Assembly (NCBI RefSeq): GCF_011386835.1 | Contig: NC_088792.1 | Coordinates: forward strand, 30,194,001-30,258,000 | Direction: 5' to 3' | From: Chrysemys picta bellii | Lineage: Eukaryota | Length of the DNA: 64,000 bases | In this document: in pieces, positions 1 through 12,054 of the stretch | How the letters are laid out: the number at the start of each line of letters is the position of its first letter | Numbering within the stretch: position 1 is the first letter of the stretch | Notes under the pieces: generated by a model | Told to the model about the DNA's origin: nothing | The model's database searches: none | The model's input: the letters and a program-made list of their open reading frames with translations, nothing else | Program-made: the position numbers and the translations under genes

Positions 1-576
1 ACCCTGATGATTTCAAGGCCTTCCAAGACCTTATGAAATGTGTGGTAGATACATTACAGATTCCAGTGTTCCCTGTTGAACATGCATCATACATCTTCTC
101 AGGGCAAGATTGCACTACCTATCCCCAGCCTCCATGGAGTGGCAAATCCCAGCCACTGTACCACTTGCATGCAAGCGGGTTGACAAGAAGTACTATATCC
201 AGCCCATAGGCTTGGAGTATTTTTTCCTTCACCCTATAAGTAACATGCTGGTAGTTGAGGCAGTTAACTAATGGAACAGACAACATTGGTTCTGTTCAAC
301 CCCATCAAATAAAGCTAAAATGTCTGGTTTGTAAGAGCTACTGCTTGGCCTCTCTACAGCTCAGAAAAGCCAATTACAAATCCTGATAGCAAAGTACGAC
401 TTCACGTATTATTCCAAATTTGTATCTTTTATTGTATACCTGCCTCAGGATCACAGAGAACAATTTCAGGCCCTCATTACGTAAGGTTAGACAGTTGCCA
501 AAGCATCTCTCTTGATGCATTCAAGCCTCTCTTGATGCATTCAACACAGCCAAATGCCTCATGGCTATGGCAGTAG

Positions 577-1146
577 TTCTTCAAGTGCTTGCTCATGTCA
601 ATTTCCATTGTCGGTGTGCGCGCGCCCAGATGCGCGGCTGTCAGAAACTTTTGGCTTAGTGGTACCCATGGGCCACTGTGGCACCCTCTGAAATACCGTG
701 CTTGTGGCGCAATATATCGGGCGTCACTGGCCCTATGCCCTCTTGGTTCCAAGACTGTGAACTCTGAGCTCACCTCCTGGGATTCAGCTTGTGAATCACC
801 TACAATGGAATCGACATGAGCAAGCACTCGAAGAAAAAACAGTTACTCACCTTTTTGTAACTGTTGTTCTTCGAGATGCGTTGCTCATGTCCATTCCATT
901 ATCTGCCCTCCAGTCCCTCTGTCGGAGTTGTGGGCAGAAGGAACCGAGAGGGCACAGGGCCAGCTGTGCCGGATATACCGCGCCATTAGCACAGCACTCC
1001 AGAGGGTGCCACAGCCAGCCCTACAGGTACCGCTAAGGCAAAAGTCTCTGGCCACGCACATGGGTGTGTGCACACCTACAAGGGAATGGACACGAGCAAC
1101 ACATCTCGAAGAACAACGGTTACAAAAAGATGAGTAACCATTTTTT
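577..1146 (+). mobile_element. Non-autonomous mini-DIRS (lTR-ICR-rTR, no coding sequence) inserted in the host DIRS gag
   Basis: lTR 577-750 is inverted relative to rTR 940-1114. ICR 797-835 is complementary to the left end 577-616. ICR 834-897 is complementary to the right end 1083-1146 (58/64 identical, all 6 differences are transitions). Confidence 0.9.
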
Positions 1147-1781
1147 ATGTGCTGTATGCACCAACCTTCCTGGCTGCAGTACTCTGGCCTTCCCTGGGAG
1201 GTACACAATACTGTTAAGGACCTGCTCTTTGAGGGGACTGAATTATTTAGCAACACCACAGATGAGTCCCTTTGCTCTCTCAAGAACTCATGGGTGATGC
1301 TATGATCTCTGGCCAATTACACACTTGTGACAAAGAAATAATACAGCAGGTCACAGATGGCTCCATAACCTTGTTCAGTCTACCCCAGCCCATGAGGCCA
1401 ACTGAACCCCCCAAGAAGAACAAGGGTATTCTCCCAATCAGCAACATCTTCAAAATGTCCACTTTGACCCACTGGTCTAGAGTCACAAACCATCTCCCAC
1501 TCTAGATCCTGCACTTCACCACCATTATGGGGATTGTCTTTCCCATTTTCTGTTTTCCTTGGAGCTTATCACCTTTGACATGTGGATCTTGGAATAATTT
1601 CTACAGGTTATTCCATCCAGTTCAGCTCTCTACTCCCCCACCCCCAACCCACTCCCTGTCCCTTTTCAGGGACCCTTCTCACGAGGACTTTCTCAGGTAG
1701 CAAGTACAATCCCTGCTAACACTAGAGAATGGGTGGCAGGTTGGCGATCTGTTCCACTAGACTTTAGCTAGGAAAGTGTTC

Positions 1782-2950
1782 TATTCTCAATACTTCCTGG
1801 TTCCAAAGAGAAATGGAAGAAGGAGACCAATTCTGGACCTCAGAACTTTGAACTGTGCATCCATGCTCAACAGCTCAGAATGGTAACCCTAGCAATGTTA
1901 ATTTCCTCTCTGGATCCGGAAGATTAGTTTGTTTACCTCGACCTTCAGAATGCCTATTTCCATAGTGTCATGCATCCCTCACACTGACCATTTCTACGTT
2001 TTGTGGTAGGCAGGGACCGCTATCAGTATCTCATCCTACCCTTTGGCCTTTCCATCATCTCAAGCGTCTTTACCAATGTCCTATCAGTCGCTGCATCCCA
2101 CCTTCTCTAGATGTGAATAATTCTTTCCCTACCTGGGTTATTAGATCCTAAAAGGTCACTTGCTTCTAAAGATATAGACAGCAACCACAAAACCCAATCT
2201 CTGGTCCACTTGGTAGGGCTTTACCTCAACACACACAAAAATCTATGCTCTCACCCCTTCAGTGCATAGACTTCATTGGGGCCACTTCATCTCCATCACC
2301 GCTAGACCCTACTTGCCGAAAGACAGATTTGCCACAATGTCCAACCTTGTTTCAAAGATAAAACAAAGACTGCAAACCACAGCACAGGCTTGCCTACAAC
2401 TTCTGGGCCATGTGGTATTCTGCACATTTAGCAAGACTAATCTCTCAGTGTCTTCAAGCCTGGCTGAGAATTGTCCATTCACTCAAGTACATTCTCTGCA
2501 AATGGGTGTCCATACCTTGGAGGGGCCTCGTCTTCCAATTTGGTGGAAAGACACACTAAATGTGGGAGTTCAATTCCTGCAGCCCCTCTCTCCTCACCAT
2601 AGACACTTATCTCCTAGGTTGGGGCACACACTCCCAAAACCTCATAGCTCAGAGAAGATGGACTCCTTTGGAGGCTATCCTCAATATCAGCATATTAGAG
2701 CTCAGAGCAGTTCATCATACTTGCTAGCACTTCCTCTTCCACATCAGGGGCCACCCGACCAGAATAATGCTGAACAACAGAGCAGCAGTGTATTATACCA
2801 ACTGTCAAGACAGAGAAAGATCCCACTCATTATGTGCAGAAGCCATAAAACTGGTAAATATACAATGCATACAGATTTCAATATCTACCAGGACTACAGA
2901 ACAGAGTGGCGGATTCTCTCAGCAGACCTTTCAGCATCAAGCATGAGTAG
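1782..2950 (+). pseudogene. DIRS reverse transcriptase / RNase H remnant (stops and frameshifts)
   Basis: YSQYFLVPKRNGRRRPILDLRTLN (1782-1853), LDLQNAYFH (about 1937-1963), LPFGL (about 2036-2050), a decayed PYL(DD) region (about 2127-2140) and RNase H-like TIDTYLLGWGTH (about 2596-2631). Confidence 0.85.
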
Positions 2951-3120
2951 GAGCTGTGAGCAACGAGGTTTTCCGAAAGATGTGTCTTACCTGGAGCAAT
3001 CCACAAATAGATTTCTTCACAACTCCATCCAATAAGAAGTGTAAACGACTCTGCTTGAGGGGAGAGAATGGCTGCAACTCAATGGGGGATGCCCTAGTTA
3101 TTCCTTAGCCTTGTGTACTG

Positions 3121-3260
3121 CTTTATGCTTGTCCCCCCACGCCCCTACTGCTTATGTTCCTGAACAATTTGAAACAAGAAAGATTACTAGTCATCATCAT
3201 AGCACAGTATTGACTCAGACAGGTGTACAAAGCTGGTTCACATGTCTCTGCTACTGCCTC
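3121..3260 (+). pseudogene. DIRS Dam-like methyltransferase domain remnant
   Basis: LYACPPTPLLLMFLNNLKQEK resembles the DIRS1 MT motif LYAFPPxPLIxxVLxKIxQD, in the expected position after RNase H. Confidence 0.6.
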
Positions 3261-3429
3261 TCCATCTTTCCCTGTCAGTGAATCTTCTCAGCCAAGAGTC
3301 AAGATCCCTCACTCACCAGAATCTTCCAGCACTTCACCTCAAGGCCTGGCTACTAGATAGCTCTCTGGTATAGAACAAGACTGCTCCCCGGGTGTGCTTC
3401 ATAGCAGACTTTCAACAAGGAAAACTTAA

Positions 3430-4286
3430 TTGCAGAATCTATGCCAATCTATGCCTCCTCTTGAGTCTTGCCTTACACACGTTCTTGGTTACCTGTTCAA
3501 TTTAAAAACCTCAAGATTATTGTTGAGTTCCATTAAAGTTCACCTAGCCGCTGTCACAGCCTTTCACACGCAGCCCCTATTGAGGGGTTTTCAGTTTTCA
3601 CCCATCCAACCACAACAAGGTTTATAAACCTGTTCAACCTCTTTCCACCTTGGGGCCTCAACTTAGTACTCGGAGCACAGAGGAAACCTCCATGATCATG
3701 GAACCTATGACGAACTGTTCCCTCCTTCATTTGTCCCTTGACACGACATGCTTCATAGCCATCACCTCGGCTAGGGGGAGAGGAGAGTTTGGAGCCTTGA
3801 TGGCTCCACCCAGTATATAGAGTGTTTCACTGTGGCAAGGTGATGCTTCATTTTCACTATTTCTTCTTTCCCATGGTTTCTTCAGAATTTCACATCAACC
3901 AAGAGATTCGCCTGCTGGTGTTCAATCCCATGCCTCACTCTTCCATAGAAGAAATGGGCTTTCATACACTGGACATAAGAAGAGCTCCCAGCTTTTTACG
4001 TAGATGTGACCTGGCCCATCAGGATTTCACCCAGACTTTTCATCTCAATTGCAGAATGTATGAAAAGAGAGTTGATTTCCACCCAAACACTATCCAAATC
4101 GGTTACCGCTGCATCTTAAACTGTTACAAAGCCTCAGGGGTTGGTCCTCCTCCGAGACTCGTTGCTCATTCCACCAGGGATCAATCTACCTCATTAGCCC
4201 TTCCGAAAAACATACCTTTTCCAGACATCTCAGAGCAGCCACCTGGTCCTCACTACCCACATTTTTCCAGCACTACACTCTTGTGA
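3430..4286 (+). pseudogene. DIRS tyrosine recombinase remnant
   Basis: ORF-track fragments VLGYLFNLKTSRLLLSSIKVHLAAVTAFH and HTLDIRRA...RLVAHSTR; the H-x-x-R catalytic motif is at 4167-4178. Confidence 0.85.
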
Positions 4287-4341
4287 CTGTTCTCGGAGCT
4301 GACACAGCTGTCAGTGAAGCTGTTCCATGATCTGTACTGAA

Positions 4342-4362
4342 TCCTCCTCCTCCTCCTCCTCC
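4342..4362. repeat. (TCC)7 microsatellite inside the DIRS 3' region
   Basis: tcctcctcctcctcctcctcc, read directly. Confidence 0.9.
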
Positions 4363-7300
4363 TCAGCAACCTTCTCCATGATGGGGAGACTGCTCAGGAG
4401 TCTCCTTAGGTGGAGCACCCATAGGGATGCTACTCGAAGGAGGAGAGATTATTTATCTTGTACAGTAACTGGAGTTCTTTGAGATGCATGTACCTATGTG
4501 TGTCCCACTACCCACCCTCTTTCCGCTCTGCCTTGGAGTCTCTCTCTTTGGACTTTTTTGGTAAAGAAGGAACTGGAGTGGCAGCAGGTTCACCCCTCCC
4601 TATGTACGCTCCTGTTGGGGCATGAGGGTGACTGGGGCACAGGTGTGAACCCACAGACACAGCCAAAAAAACATCTCCAATTAAGAGCACATGGTCATGC
4701 ACATTTATCCTGATGTGGAGCAGCCACAGGAGGACACATCTCGAAAAACTCATTCCTGTACAAGGTAGGTAACCTCTTCTTCTTGATGTCTGTATTGTTT
4801 GGTTAAAGACACCCGTAGCTTGCCTTCTTGCAGAGGAGTAGCTCCCTCCACCCTTAGGACTAAATTAACTCTTTTTACCCATATATCAGACATGAGAGAA
4901 ATATAGACTGAGGTATCTGTAATAGTTATATGATGCAGAGTTATTTTTCATGTTCTTCACAGCTAGATACTTGTTTTTAATAAAAGCTGAAATTCTGATG
5001 TAATCTTATGATTCAGAATATGAATGGCCCTCTAAGCATGGGCCTATAGTGCCTGTGTCTTAATCCAGCCTTGGGTCCATTATCTATCTCATCTTGAAAG
5101 ATCATTGATCGAATGGAACATTTTATCATTCTGGCTATTGCTCTTTGATATTACGTTTAGTTGCTAAATATCTCTAGGTTACTATATTTTTAACCATTAG
5201 AAAATTTTAATATTTTATTCCTTCCCCATTCATAAACCCCAAACTGTCTAGACAATCTTTACAAACAATTCACTTGCCAAATTCAATTTTAAAACAGAAG
5301 TTGTAAAGTTATATAATTGCACAAACAATTATAACTCTGTAACCCTTTGAACACTACTGTTTGGGAAGATGATGCATTCTGAGCGTTTGGGATGGGGGCA
5401 GGCATTGGGAGGAGGAAGAATGTTCTGAACTAGGAAGAGAAGTATATGAAGTAAGTGTTTGTGGTGGGAGTGATGAGAAACTCACTTGGAAAGGGAGAAA
5501 GGGCTGTAAAAGAGTGTTGGATACTTATTATGAGATGTTAGGGCAAAGTCTTTGGCAGATAAAGTAATGGGAATAAGTGCTTGATTGAGGTTGGGGACCA
5601 TGCTGGCTGGGTCTTGTCTTCTTCTGCGTTCTAAAGATATTATTCAATTTTACTGTAATTATTTTTGTACTTGTGTGGATTAGGAGTGATGTGTGCTTGC
5701 TCTCACTCTATATATAAGTATAATATAATTTTATCTTTTTTTGTTTTTGGAAGCATTGACATTTTCGTCCTTTAGTTTGTAAAGGAGATTAAATTTACAT
5801 AATTCTTCTGTTGTTTATATACTTGTCTGTGCAAATGTCACCACCAATGGCATCAGTACTGCTCTGGGAATAGTGTCTGTCAACTGCAGCTGTAGAGCCA
5901 GAAGGGGGAGCTCCCAACATTGTTTTTTGTGTGTCTTGACTAAATAGAGGATAGTGCATGTTTTTAATATCAGAGCCAAAGAAAATGGAGGGTAGATATT
6001 TGGGTAGGGAGAGTATCCTCTGCCAGCTCTTAAGATTTTCTGTATTGCTGCTGTAAGTGATGTGGTAACAAATCCTGTGCTATGCAGGAGGTTGAACTAG
6101 ACCCTTTACATCTTTGAATCTATGAAATCCCAGTCTTACTTTGTAAGTTTATTGGGTACTTGCCCAACTTTCCAAAATGAAGACATTGTTAGTACTCAAT
6201 ATACTTACATAAAAACAAGGATTCAGAGAAAGGGAATGTTCTTTTCAGAAATTCTATGTACCGTAGTGCACCAGAGCTACCTGACAGTAACTGAAAATTG
6301 ATGTTATAAATGGCTGCTTATGATGTTATGTTGAGCTTCATCCCAGAGTAAATTTTAATGACATATTATAAACATGTGAAAAACTAAATTTAGACTGGAA
6401 ATGCTGACGGAGCTCTTAACTACAACAGATTGAACAACCTCCTGCGACAACCATTGTCACTGCTTTATCTACTTGGATAGAAAACTACAAGTAATGGAAG
6501 AATAACTATAGAGATACAGGAAGAGTGTTATGCCATATATTTTAAGAGAGTCATTCTGGAGCAGATTTTTAATTTCTTTTGTTAGAATACTCAGTATCCC
6601 TATGGAAATATTTTATATGAATTCAGATTTTTTTTAAATATTGAACATAAACAAGACTGTATTTTTAGTGTCTCTCTTTGTTTCCCGGATTTTGAATTCA
6701 ACACTTCATATGCATATCAGTAATTAAAATAGCCCATTGATATTTTGTCCCAGAAGATTTGGTCATTCCATAAAGGCAGTTCCTGTATTGTATATTTCCT
6801 GAGGGTATGAGAGCCTATACCTCCTACATATAATAAACTTCTCTTCATCTTTCTCTAATGCCATTAAAGCTACAAGCCTTTTGTTGTAAAAGTATACTAA
6901 TGAATAGAAATGTTACAACAAGAACAGAGTCTTGTGTTTTCCCTTCATCATGCATCATCCATTTTAATTAGACAAAGGGGTGGTGAGCACTGTGACAAGA
7001 GTCTGGAATTAAAATCATTAATTGATGTCAAGCTGAAGAGAGACTGCTAACATGAATTTAGTGACAGCAGGAAAGAAATTAACCTTATTACTTTATTTAG
7101 TATATTAGATTATTTAATATGTTTTCCTATGCATGGCCAATGCACTTTATTTATGATTATGGAAAAGGACAAATGATAAAAACTATGTGAATGTTCATTA
7201 TTATCTAGCAATGAAACTTGCGCAATAAACCCTTTGAAAACTAAAAACAAAAACAAAAAAAAATCAAAAGGCATGCACCAAAACTTCATAGTTTCTCTTT

Positions 7301-9599
7301 ATAACAGCTTCTTACATATTCTGAATGATCGTCATATACCATATGGTCTGTTTTTAGTTGGGCACATGTGTTAACAAGAGCTATCTGATGGAAAAAGTGC
7401 ATCTAACAAAATATTACTTTTCTATAAAATAGAGGAAAAATATCAGCATAGCAAAAACTAAACACATTTCCCCCCCCCCTCTCCCCACCCTCCCCAATGG
7501 TGATTGGAATAACTGACTCTCTTTGCATCATTGGAAATTTGGACTAATAAGAGTTGACATTTAATGTTAAGCATCTACCTTACTTTTGAGAAGAAAGGAT
7601 GGCAACAGCATCCTACAGATAATTTGTGACCTGAAAGGTCATAATAAAAGAATAAAGGGAGCGTTATCTTCCAGTAAAGGCCATCTGGAACTATTAAAGT
7701 ATCAGATGGAGTAAGGGTTGAACAGCAGGACACTCTCCTGGTGTCCTTCCAAATTTCCCAGAGAGACCATAATATTTTTATTGGAAAACACCAACCCCCA
7801 CCCCCACCAGCCAAATATTTTCATAAAACTGTTTCATCCTACATAAAGAAAAAAAGTAATACTATATACTGTAATATAGAGAGAATTTCTGCTTGGGTTT
7901 GTTACATAACCTACTAAGTGTTCACATATATCTTTAAAATAGAACCATACCACATTCAGTTGTAAAGTCTGCTTTTGATTTGGTTTATCCCAATGCCGCC
8001 TAATGCTTCTCAGCAGTGCTCATCCCATCTACATCCATATATACAATAGATATTCATTGTTCCATTGTTTTCCATAGAAGTGTGAGCCATGGCAAACCTT
8101 TCCTGACATCCTGGACATTTTGCATAAAATTCATTAGTGAGTATAAGAAAAAATCAAAATATTAATTTCTCCTTGGTGATCTTTGAGAAGGAATACAGAT
8201 GTGAGTGATGTTTGTTCTTTTCACTGTAGGTTTAGTGGAAAGCATTTTAGTATTGTTGTTTTATTTTTACATAATGCTCATGGGTCTAATGTTATAAGAT
8301 GGGTGCAGTGTATAAAGTAATTCTGTGGCCATAGTTTTTGCAAAAGAGAACACAGAATTGGAGCATAAGACGACTGAGCTTTGGCTAATTCTTTGGGCTC
8401 ATTCCTTCTCCCACTGAAGTTTATGAAACTATTGCCATTAACTTCAGTTGATGATTAAATTGGGCCATTGGTGGAATGACAATTGCTAAAAACAGTCAGT
8501 GTTTTAATAGAATATCTTTTATTTTCTATAAGTACCTTTCATGGTGCACAGAATACTAGATCGTATATTAAAGGTCTACTGTGAGTCTAGGCAGTACAAT
8601 GACTTAGTGCACTCACCCATCTCTTTTGGAAACTTAGGTTCAAATCAAGAATGCATTCTAAAGAGAAATAGAAATCTGCAAGGAATTTTAGGGGAAAATG
8701 TTTCTCCCCAAATCTGATGAATTATTGCAGGGACAATGAATTTGCTTTTATTTTTTAATCCAACGTGGCCATACAGTCACATTTTAATACGAAATGCCCC
8801 ATTTAAAAAAACAAGAAGAGTCATTCCACTATGTTTATTAACTTATTAAACTAAACTGTGTTTATTGCTGTTGAACTGAACAGCACTGAAAACCCATGAA
8901 ATCCTCTAGGCTGCACTACAGGAGTCTAACACTTTGTAGCTAGCAACACTTAAACAGTGTGTTTACTCTAATTCTTAAGGACAGTAGCAATTATCTGAAT
9001 AATCAAAAGGATACCTGATAGGATATTCACAACATGCAGCATAGGCTCCATCCACAGTGCAGCTGGAATCTTCATTTTGTAATAAGTTAAAGGCGCAATC
9101 ATTTTAACAGGTTACAAGTGACATGGTTCAGGTTGACAATGCCGCAGCTTTTCTGCCCTCACAACTGTGTTTTCATGTTCACAACTAAGTGTCCAACCAG
9201 GGAAGCAACTTAGGGAACCATTCTGGGAAATTTTGCTATCCCCTGGAGCCCCAGCAACAATTGCACACACCAAAACTGTGGATATTTTTGTTTTTTCTCC
9301 TTAGGATTTATGGGATTTCTTATGTAAAACCTCTAATCCCCCGCCTCACAGGTCATGCTGGCTTTTTCCATCATGGAGACTTTTTTGTCACTGCAGATTG
9401 CTTCATCTTCCAGCGTCAGGATTATGCTGCTTGTCACCCAATGCTGTGGAAGCACAATAGCATAGAAGAGATAACAGCACCCAGGGTGCTCTGAGTAGGT
9501 GTCTGAAAAGGAGGCAGAGGTGCATGCAGAATTTGTTGTCCACTTACATTACCAAACTGAAGATTGAGGAGGAGGCTGTGGGCTAGGCTGAGCTCAGCC

Positions 9600-10365
9600 T
9601 GTTGGCAGGATGATGGTCTAAGTGCCTGAACCAGCAGTTACCAGATGAGACTGCTGTGAATGACCAAGCACATTTCTGACATTCTGTGTGTCTGGCTGGC
9701 AAATGGCCTAACAACAGAAATGTGTGAGTATGCGAGCTGCTGTCCCTCTGCCTGATAGAGTTGTCATGGCCCTCTGGAGACTGGCCACAAACACCAAATG
9801 CTGTTCCCTGGCAGAGCTCTATGTCTTTGGGAAGATCACAGTTGAAGAAATGGTCCAACAAAGCAAGTGCTACTGACTTGTCTGACTGATAAAAATGGAG
9901 CTCCTGATGTAAGCGGGGCAGGGGTTGAACAACACGGCTGGAGCTGCCCAAGTCATTTTCGGATGGATCTCATTTTCCACTTCTTTGCGCCTTCATTCAG
10001 GCCAAAGCATTGAAAGTTTTGCTACTCTGTGGTGGATCACAGGAGCCACTTCCAGGGAGGTAGATATCATTTGGTGTGGCAAGTTTCAAGATGCCAGAAC
10101 ATAAAAGAATTCCTAAGAGACAGACTGCATCATTACTATCCCTTCCCCTCAGCAGGGTTACCAGCTGGGTTTCTGTGCCAACTGCACTTGGCTTTTGACT
10201 CCATGCCCAGATTATAAGGATGAGGACATGTTGGCTCAGTTGTGTCAGAGTGGTGCTTCGTGTATTTTGGGAGGCTGGAGGGCCAACGCTGAAGAGAAAT
10301 GATACATATACAGTCATGACTACTTGATGTTTGCTTCAGAACATCTGTGAATGCAAAGAAGAGCA
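9600..10365 (+). pseudogene. PIF/Harbinger (HARBI1-like) DDE transposase relic
   Basis: Colinear motifs across frameshifts: MRAAVPLPDRVVMALWRLAT (9730-9789), DGSHFPLL (9962), VVDHR (10029), WCGKFQDAR (10072), YFGRL (10263) and LLQNICE (10331). These match Harbinger KRVAIALWKLAT, DGTHIPI, VDHRGRF..WPGKVHDAR, AFGRLK and VLHNICE. Confidence 0.8.
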
Positions 10366-12000
10366 CGCCATGGGATGCTAAAGCTGGCCTCTGAACTCTG
10401 TGGTGGCTATTCCTGGCTGTGCTGTGCAGGTGAGCTTGAAGCAAATGGAGGGTGAAAAGGAATGAGCGCTCCATGCTCCCGCTTCTACAGGGTTTTCCTA
10501 CTTGACTTTCTTTCTTTTTGCTTGTATTTAATATACTAATGTATGTCTGTCCATCAGTGCTGTTCATAATAAACTGATTTTGATTAAAATGTTCCTTCTG
10601 TAGATTCTGCAGAGATGAATGTTGGCTTAAAGAAATGAATAAAATCCTAAAAAAATCTGCAAGTTCTGCAGACTGTGCAAAATTGTCAAATGTCATATGG
10701 GAGTGTAACTGAGATTCTAGTTTTCAGCCATTGATCACAACTGGTAATAATTCTCACCTGTGTCCTCAAGGTACCATTGGAAGCAGGTCTGAGATCTTTG
10801 GATGGATGGGTGGGACCCATCATAAGTAGAAGAGTGGTTATGAGACTCAGATAAAGATCAAAGAAGGATACAGAAGAGGGTAATTTCATACACTGACTAG
10901 ATTGCTGAAAACTAGAAAAAAGGTTTCCATCACCCTGAAAGCAGTATGGACTGCATGAGCTGGCTTACTTGCTGGTATGCCAAGCCCATAAGGCATTTTC
11001 CACCAGCAAAGGGGGATCTCTGGCAAGAAACGGCTACAGACCAACCCACCTAATGACCTCTTTACTGGAGGGTGACACTCTGGCAAAAATTGGTCTGAAT
11101 GCTGGCATCCCATTTGAATGGCACACATATGTTGACAGACTTTCTGTCACGGCCATTGTTTTTTCCTGTTTTGAATCCGTTACACAGAAGCAGGCCAATC
11201 AGGAGGCCGAAGCAAAGGGAAATGAACTATTATGGGGAAGCTGGTCCAGTGAACTGGCAGTTTCGAGGGGCTTGTCCTTTAGCTTCTGTCCTTACATAAT
11301 GTTACTTCTATCCTTAATAAACACTGCTTCAGTCATCACTGACTTGGAATTGAGACTGTTCAATGCAGTTTTTTGTAATTCACTGAGCCTTGGTGGAAGA
11401 GGCTAGGATACTGATTATCACTTGGGCAATGGTTGAATCTTGGCAGCAGCAGGAGCAACAAATTAAATTGGTGAGGCATGTTGCAGACCTGAAGCAGCAA
11501 CCAATCCCATTTCTGCTTTTATGGGAGGACAGTTATGCCTTCACAACAACAGATCTAATGCTTATGCCCTGGGTGCTGTGGTTCATTACAATCTCCCCCC
11601 CAGCCTGCTGTGTGCTTGCCACAAACTGTACTCCCACACAGCCTATTAATAAAGACATAGGGTAGAGCTTCCAAAATGCCTAAATCACTAATTTAAAAAG
11701 TCCCACAAATGGGATTTAGGCGGCTTTAGGTACTCTTGAAAAATTTACTCCTAGCCAATACTTGAGTTAGGCTTTTCCTCCTCCAATGGCCTGACAAGCT
11801 TATCGAACTTGACTCTCATCTGCTGGTATCTCAGATTTGAGTTTTCCACTGTCCACAAATTCAATTTCCTGACATGGGAAGCACTCAGTCCAGTCTCTTG
11901 AAAAGAGAACAGATTGTCTGTGGTTGCTGGAGATGTTATTCAAATCCTTCACTTAATTGTACTACACCTTCATGCATTTTTTCTTTGGCGCTGCCGAACG

Positions 12001-12054
12001 ATCATAGAATCATAGACCCATAGGTTTAGAAGGGACCACAAGGGTCATCTAGTC
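12001..12054 (-). mobile_element. CR1 3'-terminal fragment (54 bp)
   Basis: atcatagaatcataga...gaagggaccacaagggtcatctagtc is the reverse complement of the CR1 3' stem-loop plus TTCTATGA tail. Confidence 0.8.

Larger units (their letters stand above)
1..4781 (+). mobile_element. Decayed DIRS1-type tyrosine-recombinase retrotransposon; left terminal repeat lies outside the window
   Basis: Gag-like peptides (PDDFKAFQDLMK at 3-38; SWLQYSGLPWEVHNTVKDLLFEG at 1168-1236), followed by RT, RNase H, methyltransferase-like and tyrosine recombinase motifs. An ICR at about 4405-4510 is complementary to the right end at about 4715-4781 (gtacaaggtaggtaacctcttctt). Confidence 0.92.

Noticed and set aside
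507-544. 20-nt-period tandem duplication (ctctcttgatgcattcaa) in DIRS gag
   Set aside because: An ordinary slippage mutation in a dead element.
8228-8260. tgtag|G TTT AGT GGA AAG CAT (FSGKH) as the preceding PARD3 exon (FGKHRKDD...)
   Set aside because: The similarity stops after five residues. There is no RKDDK...MKQEQER, and the frame reaches a stop after about 30 codons.
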